NCBI GenBank assembly: GCA_016873315.1
Contig: VGXL01000001.1
Coordinates: 4,126-68,125, forward strand
Length of the DNA stretch: 64,000 bases
Source: Phycisphaerae bacterium
GTDB taxonomy: Bacteria > Planctomycetota > Phycisphaerae > Phycisphaerales > SM1A02
Direction of reading: 5' to 3'
In this document: positions 58,801 to 64,000 of the stretch, one piece after another
How positions within the stretch are numbered: the stretch's first letter is position 1
Layout of the letters: every line of letters begins with the position of its first letter
The notes under the pieces: generated by a model
Databases searched by the model: none
Seen by the model: only the letters and a program-made list of their open reading frames with translations
Told to the model about the DNA's origin: nothing
Made by a program: the position numbers and the translations under genes

Positions 58801-60385
58801 GACGCTCGCGCTCGACAAGACGCATGTGAAGGCAGCCATCGCATCCCTTGAGTCCGGCGCAAGCGTGTCGATCGCCACGATGGTCGCGATCGATGGCGGT
58901 GCGCCGCAGCCCGCCACGATCGACCTTGATCTGAAGGGCGACTTGCGAGGCATGGTCGCGGATGACGGCGTGATCGATGTGCGTGGTTCACGCATGAAAC
59001 TCTCCGTGCCTGGTGCCTTGGTGCAGCCCTTCATCCCTGTTGCGGACGCACCCGCTGCTCAGGCCACGGCAACGCCCAAGGGTGGCGCGTTCAACTCGTC
59101 GAGCGCGCATCGATTGATGTTGGACCCGAAGGAAACGCTCTCCGCTTCGATCGACCTTCGCCGCATCACCGTTCCTGCACGCCTTGCCGACGCACACATC
59201 GATGCGTCGATCGCGATCGGCCCAGTCGAGGCTTCATTCGGTTCTGCAGACTTGCATGTGGAGCGGGCCACGGCAGTGCTCAAGGCAGAAGCGCTCGGTC
59301 GCTCGTGTGCATTCGACACCACAGTGTCGTTTGGAAAGAAAGACACGGACGGCGCAGCCAGTGCCAGGGCCACGATCGATGCCCTTGGTCTGGCCGACGG
59401 AACGCTGGCGAGCACGGCGATGATCGTGCGTGCGCAAGCTCAGGCGAAAGCGATCCCGCTCCACTGGGTCGACGCGATCACAGCGACCGATGGCATCATC
59501 GTGCGGTCCTTCGGAGAGCGTGGGGACGCGACCGTCGAGGTGATCTCGCCGGCCCCGGGCACGATCACCGCATCGGCCACAGTCAAGACGACCTCCTTGA
59601 GTGCGCGCGTGCCGCGGATCACGGTGGCCGACGGCTTGGCGCAGGTGGACGCAGATCAGCCGATCGAACTCTCGCTCGTCCTCAACGACGCGATCCGCAT
59701 GGAACTGCTCGAACCCTTGAATCCGATTCTCTCCGACATCAAGGAAGCGCCACCCGTCAAGGTGTCCCTGTCGCGACTGAGGTGGCCGATCGATGGCAAT
59801 CTGACTCGGTTCGAAGCGGACGCGCGCATGGATGTGGGCGAGGCCAAGGTCGAGAAGAGCAACCAGTTGCTCGGCGTGCTCAGGCATGTCAAGTCGTCGG
59901 TTGATCCGGTCGTGCCGGCAAACATCGGGCCGCTGGTGGCCACGGTGCGCGCAGGGCAACTCACCTACAAGGACTTCATCATCGGCGTGGATCGCCTGGG
60001 CACGCAGTGGCAACTTGTGCTGAACTTTTCAGGCGACATCGATTTGACGCGTGATCCCGCGTGGGCGCGCGGGATCAGTGCGCGCTATCCGGTGAGCAGC
60101 ATGGTTCGGACCGTCGCAGGGGTCGCTGGTGGCATCAGCAATCCTGTCGATGCGACGATCAAGACGATCAGCGACACGCTGAGCGCGCTTCCGCTTGACC
60201 TAGGCAATCTGATGGCCATCGAGATCACCTTCAGCGGACCGCTCGGACCGGTGAACGGCAAGGAAGTCCCGCTCAATGTCAGCGTCCGTCCCGTCGTGGG
60301 CAAGATCGACCCCATCGAGGGGGCGACTCGGGTCATCGACGCGCTCGATGGCCTGTTCGGCGGAGGCAAGAAGAAGGACAAGTAG
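55862..60385 (+). CDS. AsmA/TamB-like giant membrane-anchored envelope protein
   Basis: 1507 aa. N-terminal signal anchor KLVIALSVVAIVAVVLVGF, very long Ala/Gly/Thr/Val/Ser beta-rich body, C-terminal IEITFSGPLGPVNGKEVPLNVSV resembling the AsmA-family C-terminal block. GTG 55862 or ATG 55883. Confidence 0.5.
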   Translation: MSPYDPSMSRGALSSRRVGKLVIALSVVAIVAVVLVGFAPSIVSATILPGIIRDELAPHLRGTVQVVNAKASWSGPQLVHVRINGEHDMIDATVTVNNSLSALIRSSESLDLNLGLTVETASRDDGSITLLELFQADSAATSSGGRTGPSQTSEPASLPSLLRGARVSLDPLAIVIKPLGAGSMVRVDGATATVTLDGNDATVKATGSTSIGTEHGSFEIDATLRDLVGRDGVLSPTTAGMELTAKATAVPVSAGTQEVVVRSLDLTAKAQSIARAIDLQFDTSLEAKGHAPSTATGRVRVNGLLTPSGELSSKAAATGQIALGAVPTAALAPFLHGTGIVAARDLGETVIATLDFNGPSATLAARSDRFTLTGTARLDDVANQAIVQSVALDTTLSSALVRGLGVPCMNDVPVSLRVERAVVPMGNRSLADLQAVATVSMKGVVIDGKAFGQSDRALGDVTVSVRTSRLADRAQVDVALAGGAVQGSLAAFVVPSFESGRVKRARVELERSSLSSALDDGWLVGTGLALRRPAPTTISIDRAAFDMSANGLELGNTSIAATVAIEPLVLGGASGPDEWIDVVATTIGLRSDGLSKGLHVSYSGGASGFAAKADVALAGLVTPAGAITLDAVRGSGSIQIDAIDLTRVPHVPERLQRMAGLIGLGRPVLSAQFDGSRETVAAQIVVKGPAAELSAQGQWSPERTVVKELKGSIAMADGLPELLGIEGLRLAAPGVLAIACEELTLLTPAATPTAVEVKAQKLQLGLDRLGLSACPGLDGGIVLERVSLEGDASRSATGDLTWSGSFAVTVPGELDAKGQLTLAAPALGPPTGNATLRATLPTGTTLLGRFVQSPYLAAAAGPGTVDLTWSGKGGKDAVDITTALSRLSMTAKVELEPATLGQTGRVIAVPTASLHGSLPRRVIDRVIAGLEPVAADWNDATVVPIAAALTGGRASADQRNISLHADATIGTFTSRPTDSMTLALDKTHVKAAIASLESGASVSIATMVAIDGGAPQPATIDLDLKGDLRGMVADDGVIDVRGSRMKLSVPGALVQPFIPVADAPAAQATATPKGGAFNSSSAHRLMLDPKETLSASIDLRRITVPARLADAHIDASIAIGPVEASFGSADLHVERATAVLKAEALGRSCAFDTTVSFGKKDTDGAASARATIDALGLADGTLASTAMIVRAQAQAKAIPLHWVDAITATDGIIVRSFGERGDATVEVISPAPGTITASATVKTTSLSARVPRITVADGLAQVDADQPIELSLVLNDAIRMELLEPLNPILSDIKEAPPVKVSLSRLRWPIDGNLTRFEADARMDVGEAKVEKSNQLLGVLRHVKSSVDPVVPANIGPLVATVRAGQLTYKDFIIGVDRLGTQWQLVLNFSGDIDLTRDPAWARGISARYPVSSMVRTVAGVAGGISNPVDATIKTISDTLSALPLDLGNLMAIEITFSGPLGPVNGKEVPLNVSVRPVVGKIDPIEGATRVIDALDGLFGGGKKKDK

Positions 60386-60405
60386 CCGCAGCGCGGCCGC
60401 GCCGA

Positions 60406-60963
60406 TCACATGGGCTTTTCGGCGATCGTCTCGTCGAAGACCCGCAGCAACTTGGTCTTGTCGAAAATGAGTTCGTTTCGCGAAAGTCCGGTGACCTCGT
60501 AGTGGGGGGTCAACTCGATCGCGTCGACCGGGCAGGCTTCTTCGCACATGCCGCAGTAGATGCAGCGCAGTTCATCGATGTCGAACTGCTTGGGGTACTT
60601 CTCGCGGTCCTCCCATGGGCTCTCGTCGGCGACGATGTGGATGCACTTCGCCGGGCAGGCCGTGGCGCACATGAAGCAGGCCACGCAGCGCACGCGACCG
60701 TCCTCGTCCTTGTTCAGGCGGTGCACGCCACGGAAGTAGGGGCGGTACTGGCCGCCGTCCTCGACCGGGCGGTCGTCGCGCTTCTCTTCGGGGTACTGGA
60801 CCACCCAGAGCGTGTCCTTGTTTTTGCCGTCGCGACCGATGTTCTGGAAGCAGTGGCGCAGCGTCGTGCCGAGTCCCTTGATGACATTGACCACGATGAG
60901 GCTCTCGGTGGAATCGAGGCGCTTCGGGGTGACGTCGACGATCTCGCTGTCGCGGATGGCCAT
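60406..60963 (-). CDS. nuoI: NADH-quinone oxidoreductase subunit I-like 2x[4Fe-4S] ferredoxin
   Basis: Trimmed to MAIRDSE (ATG 60961-60963). QYPEEK, FRGVHRL, CVACFMCATACP and CIYCGMCEEACP. Confidence 0.8.
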   Translation of the reverse strand: MAIRDSEIVDVTPKRLDSTESLIVVNVIKGLGTTLRHCFQNIGRDGKNKDTLWVVQYPEEKRDDRPVEDGGQYRPYFRGVHRLNKDEDGRVRCVACFMCATACPAKCIHIVADESPWEDREKYPKQFDIDELRCIYCGMCEEACPVDAIELTPHYEVTGLSRNELIFDKTKLLRVFDETIAEKPM

Positions 60964-61014
60964 GGCGGGGCGAAGTGTAGCCCTTCGCGCCATCGAAGCC
61001 TGTAGGCTCACACC

Positions 61015-61341
61015 GTGCCTGTCGATCCCGAGACTGCTCGCACCAAATCCGCGACCGAGCGCGAAGAAATGCGCATCGGATTTCGCATGATGGGTCTTGC
61101 GTGGGCGATGCTTTCCGAGGTGCTCGCGGGACTGGGCATCGGCTGGCTCGTCGACCACTTCTGGGGGACCGCGCCGACGGGGATGACCATCGGCGCGTGC
61201 ATCGGCATCCTGGTCGCGATGTACAGCTTGATTCGCGGCGGACTCAGCATGAACGCGTACCTCGAAGGGCGGAGCAAGCCGATCGAGCGCCGAGCACATC
61301 AGTCGAAAGTCACTCCACCGGAAGGGGATTCAGATGGCTGA
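61015..61341 (+). CDS. atpZ: AtpZ/AtpI-family small membrane protein (putative F0F1-ATPase subunit)
   Basis: GLAWAMLSEVLAGLGIGWLVDHFWGTAPTGMTIGACIGILVAMYSLIR fits the AtpZ pattern. GTG 61015 or ATG 61069. Confidence 0.6.
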   Translation: MPVDPETARTKSATEREEMRIGFRMMGLAWAMLSEVLAGLGIGWLVDHFWGTAPTGMTIGACIGILVAMYSLIRGGLSMNAYLEGRSKPIERRAHQSKVTPPEGDSDG

Positions 61342-61843
61342 CGAACTCGCTGACCTTGAGCGTGACGCCCAAGGCGAGCCGATCTTCTCGCTCCCCGGGC
61401 GGCAGATCGTCGTGGCGCTGCTCGTGGCGGGGATCTGCTGCGCAGGACTCGGCGTCGTCGTGAGCGATGTTGTCGCTCCGATGATCGGGATGCAAGTGGT
61501 TGATGGAACTTGGCTTGCAGCGCTTGGCGGGGCGTTTGCCGCCCTGCTTGGCAACCTCCTGGGCCTCGCGGTTCTTTGGCCACCGGCGAAGCGTCCAGCG
61601 AGCACATGGACATCGGTTTGGATGGCCGCCAGCGGACTGCGCATCCTCGCCACGGGTGGCCTCGCCGCGTTGCTATATTTCCGATCCCCCGGAGAGCCCC
61701 GGGTGTTCGTGCTTGTGACAGGTTTCACGTACTTGGCGCTGCTCGTGGTCGAAACGGCCACCATCGCCAAGGTGCTCGGACCAGTCCTCGGACGGATGCC
61801 ATCCAAGGCTTCGGGGAACAAGAACTCCCCCTCAGCATCATGA
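61334..61843 (+). CDS. atpI: ATP synthase protein I-like membrane protein
   Basis: 169 aa, four hydrophobic helices, located immediately before atpB. Overlaps atpZ by 8 nt. Confidence 0.5.
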   Translation: MADELADLERDAQGEPIFSLPGRQIVVALLVAGICCAGLGVVVSDVVAPMIGMQVVDGTWLAALGGAFAALLGNLLGLAVLWPPAKRPASTWTSVWMAASGLRILATGGLAALLYFRSPGEPRVFVLVTGFTYLALLVVETATIAKVLGPVLGRMPSKASGNKNSPSAS

Positions 61844-62838
61844 TGAACACCCTCCTTCTTGCCGCTGGCGACAACCCTCTTGCGCACGTCCTTGACCGGA
61901 ACAGCGCGATCACCATCGGCGGCACGACGCTTCCGTTGAGTGTGATCTCGTTGGTGGTCGGCGCGATCGTCTGCGTTGGAGTTCTTATGCTCGCCGCGTC
62001 GCGCATCTCCACGGGTCCCGCGAGCGAGGGCAACGCCCGATTCGTCACCAAGGGACGCATCGCCCAAGTCATCGAAGTGTTGGTGCTGACGCTGCGCGAT
62101 CAGATGCTCATGCCTGTGATGGGTGAGCGTTTGGCCAAGCGCTGGTTGCCGCTGCTTCTGTCGCTCTTCTTCTTCATCCTGACGCTGAATCTGTTCGGCT
62201 TGGTTCCGTTCGCCGACCTGCAGGAATTGCTGCATGTGGTCACCGGCGACCACGCGGCCGCCGAGGCTGATGTGGCGCACGCGACCTCGAGCGCGGTCTA
62301 CTTCGGCGGCACCGCCACGGCGTGCTTCTCCGTCACGCTCGGTCTTGCAGCGATCAGTTTTGTTGCGATCTGGTTCCAGTCGTTCCGGGATCTGGGCGTG
62401 AAAGGCACGCTGGAGCACCTGTGTGGCGGTCCCGATGTCGTGCATGGTCCGCTGGGACTCTGGCTCGTCATCCCCATCATCTTCGCCGTCGAATTGGCGG
62501 GCATGTTCATTAAGCCTGCCGCGCTCGCGATTCGCCTGCTCGCCAACATGGTCGCTGGGCACACGCTGATGGCGGTGCTCTTCGGCTTCGGCGCTGCCGT
62601 GCTCAAGGCCGGCGGTCCCATCTGGGCCGCGGGCTCGATCACCCTCGTGGCAGGGTTCTTCGCGATCCTCATCACATTCCTTGAACTGTTCGTCGCGTTC
62701 CTCCAGGCCTTCATCTTCATGTTCCTGACGGCTGTGTTCATCAGCCTGATGGCGCACGAGGACCACGGCCACGAGGAGCACGGCCACGATCATGGCCACG
62801 ACGGCCAGGCGCACGCGGAGCCTGCTCCCGCGCACTGA
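61840..62838 (+). CDS. atpB: F0F1 ATP synthase subunit a with His-rich C-terminal tail
   Basis: ORF 61510..62838 trimmed to ATG 61840 (ATGA overlap with atpI). LFGLVPF, ALAIRLLANMVAGH (essential Arg), tail HEDHGHEEHGHDHGHDGQAH. Confidence 0.9.
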   Translation: MMNTLLLAAGDNPLAHVLDRNSAITIGGTTLPLSVISLVVGAIVCVGVLMLAASRISTGPASEGNARFVTKGRIAQVIEVLVLTLRDQMLMPVMGERLAKRWLPLLLSLFFFILTLNLFGLVPFADLQELLHVVTGDHAAAEADVAHATSSAVYFGGTATACFSVTLGLAAISFVAIWFQSFRDLGVKGTLEHLCGGPDVVHGPLGLWLVIPIIFAVELAGMFIKPAALAIRLLANMVAGHTLMAVLFGFGAAVLKAGGPIWAAGSITLVAGFFAILITFLELFVAFLQAFIFMFLTAVFISLMAHEDHGHEEHGHDHGHDGQAHAEPAPAH

Positions 62839-62941
62839 ACCGTCGTCGCTACACTTCCCCCCCCTCGGCCGTGGGTGCCGGGGGCATCGAGTTCAGCCTG
62901 CACGAGGCGCAGACCCACGGCGCCGTTGGAGCCAACCCAAA

Positions 62942-63247
62942 ATGAAGAACATGACTCTCGCTCTCCTCACCTTCGCCGCCCTTGCCCTGTTCGGGGCAGA
63001 GACGACGTTTGCCGCCGAAAACGCCATGAATGAGGGCTCGGGCCTCGGTGCCGGCCTCGCCGCTGGCCTCGCCGTGATTGGCGCCGGCATCGGCATCGGC
63101 CGCATCGGCGGCAGCGCGGTCGAGAGCATCGCCCGCCAGCCCGAAGTGGCCGGCAAGGTGTTCGTGAACATGATCCTGACCGCTGCGCTCATCGAAGGCG
63201 TGGCGCTCTTTGCGGTCGTCGTCGGCCTCCAGGCCTTCCCGAAGTGA
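62942..63247 (+). CDS. atpE: F0F1 ATP synthase subunit c with N-terminal signal-like extension
   Basis: Trimmed to MKNMTLALLTFAALALFGAETTFA, then GAGIGIGRIGGSAVESIARQPE...LIEGVALFAVV (ion-binding Glu). Confidence 0.9.
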   Translation: MKNMTLALLTFAALALFGAETTFAAENAMNEGSGLGAGLAAGLAVIGAGIGIGRIGGSAVESIARQPEVAGKVFVNMILTAALIEGVALFAVVVGLQAFPK

Positions 63248-63262
63248 TCGCCGCAGGCTGAA

Positions 63263-63325
63263 CTAGGCTTGCCGGGACCCGTCCACGCGGGCGGGTCCCG
63301 GCCGCTTGCCTAGCAGACCTTTTTC
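63263..63325 (+). terminator. Strong hairpin plus T5 between atpE and atpF (candidate attenuator)
   Basis: Inner 11-bp stem gccgggacccg / cgggtcccggc, outer ctaggc / gcctag, then TTTTT at 63320-63324. Confidence 0.6.
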
Positions 63326-63358
63326 TGAACTTTGAATCCCTGACCATCGAGGTATCCC

Positions 63359-63880
63359 GTGCTGATGCTTGCTGCCGATGCCGCCAACCCCATGAACGTG
63401 GAGATCCTGCCGCTGGCCACCTCTGTCGGCGTTGCGCTGCTGACTGTCATCGTGATCTCCATCGCCGTGTGGCCGAAGATCGCCAAGGGCCTCGATGAGC
63501 GCAACGAGAAGATCCTCGGCGAGATCAAGGCAGCCGAGGACGCTCGCGCGCACGCCAAGGCAGCGCAAGAGGAATTCGAGCGCAAGCTCATTCAGGCGCA
63601 GCACGACGCTGACGCCATGATCAAGGAGGCTCGCGCACAGGCCCAGAACGCCGCCGATGCCCTTCGAGCTCGTAGCGAAGCCGAACTGGCTGAGCTCAAG
63701 AAGCGCGCGAACGCCGAGATGGATGCCGCACGCCGCCAGGCGGTGGCTGAACTCGAGGCCCACGCGGCGGAACTCGCCGTGAGCGTCGCCAGCAAGGTCC
63801 TTGGTCGTGCGATCGATGCGAAGGATCAGAAGGTCCTCGTCGAGCAGTCGATCAAGGAGTTCGCGAGCACCGGCCGCTGA
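63359..63880 (+). CDS. atpF: F0F1 ATP synthase subunit b
   Basis: N-terminal TM helix, then a long charged helix WPKIAKGLDERNEKILGEIKAAEDAR... Confidence 0.85.
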   Translation: MLMLAADAANPMNVEILPLATSVGVALLTVIVISIAVWPKIAKGLDERNEKILGEIKAAEDARAHAKAAQEEFERKLIQAQHDADAMIKEARAQAQNAADALRARSEAELAELKKRANAEMDAARRQAVAELEAHAAELAVSVASKVLGRAIDAKDQKVLVEQSIKEFASTGR

Positions 63881-63903
63881 GGCCAGAACCACGAAGGCAG
63901 ACC

Positions 63904-64000
63904 ATGTCCACGGCAACCAACAGCGTCGGCCGCGTCTACGCGGAAAGCCTCTTCGAGCTCGCCTCGAAGCAGGGCGGCGACGCAGCAGCGCAAGACGCTG
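63904..64000 (+). CDS. atpH: F0F1 ATP synthase subunit delta, N-terminal fragment (runs off the window)
   Basis: ATG 63904. MSTATNSVGRVYAESLFELASKQG fits the OSCP/delta opening and the operon position. Confidence 0.75.
   Translation, partial: MSTATNSVGRVYAESLFELASKQGGDAAAQDA

Noticed and set aside
55862-60385. Giant ORF as a polymorphic toxin, RHS protein or adhesin
   Set aside because: There are no YD/RHS, haemagglutinin, cadherin or Ig-like repeat periodicity, no C-terminal toxin-like module, and no adjacent immunity-sized gene. The anchor plus AsmA-like C-terminus fits an envelope lipid-transport protein better.

Overview
Visibly high-G+C, gene-dense chromosomal segment with about 57 protein genes. 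I found no rRNA, tRNA, CRISPR array, transposase, integrase or phage gene. Many long ORFs in the track are antisense or out-of-frame artefacts of the G+C content, and many real genes start downstream of the listed ORF start. The source is most likely a Planctomycetota/PVC-type bacterium. This rests on a prepilin-like [17 protein letters not shown] protein, LptD- and AsmA/TamB-like envelope genes, and many exported low-complexity proteins.

Content from left to right:
- ltaE (cut by the window edge), a Lon-N domain protein, lemA, ruvB
- a UbiA-family gene followed by an LptD-like gene
- ribH-nusB-ftsY with overlapping stop/start codons
- a pseudopilin-like gene, hrpB, a LOG-family gene
- folC with a repeat-rich N-terminal extension, then leuS
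- an exported ClpP-fold lipoprotein
- a block of DUF2314-like, DUF58, transglutaminase, PilZ-like and BI-1-like genes
- a rearranged rpmF-plsX-fabH-fabD ... acpP-fabF cluster with fabG inverted
- rpsL-rpsG without fusA/tuf
- a tight block of ThiF/MoeB, DinB, an 860-aa exported ORFan, glpF and a 686-aa exported ORFan
- an SGNH-like hydrolase, then a 734-bp repeat-rich non-coding spacer
- sucD without sucC, purM, arfB, an outer-membrane barrel, a metallophosphoesterase
- an unlisted 32-aa hydrophobic sORF, a GNAT gene, a saccharopine-dehydrogenase-family gene, an M3 oligoendopeptidase
- ispE and nadA (divergent), a 1507-aa AsmA/TamB-like protein, a stand-alone nuoI
- the start of an F1Fo operon (atpZ-atpI-atpB-atpE-atpF-atpH')

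I see no defence or mobile system. The best candidates for undescribed biology are:
- the translationally coupled DinB / ORFan / MIP channel / ORFan block
- the exported coiled-coil ClpP-fold lipoprotein
- the FolC fusion
- x3 tandem repeats abutting stop codons at four loci
- the repeat-rich spacer
- the sORF

All family calls are from motif recognition by eye. No searches were run.
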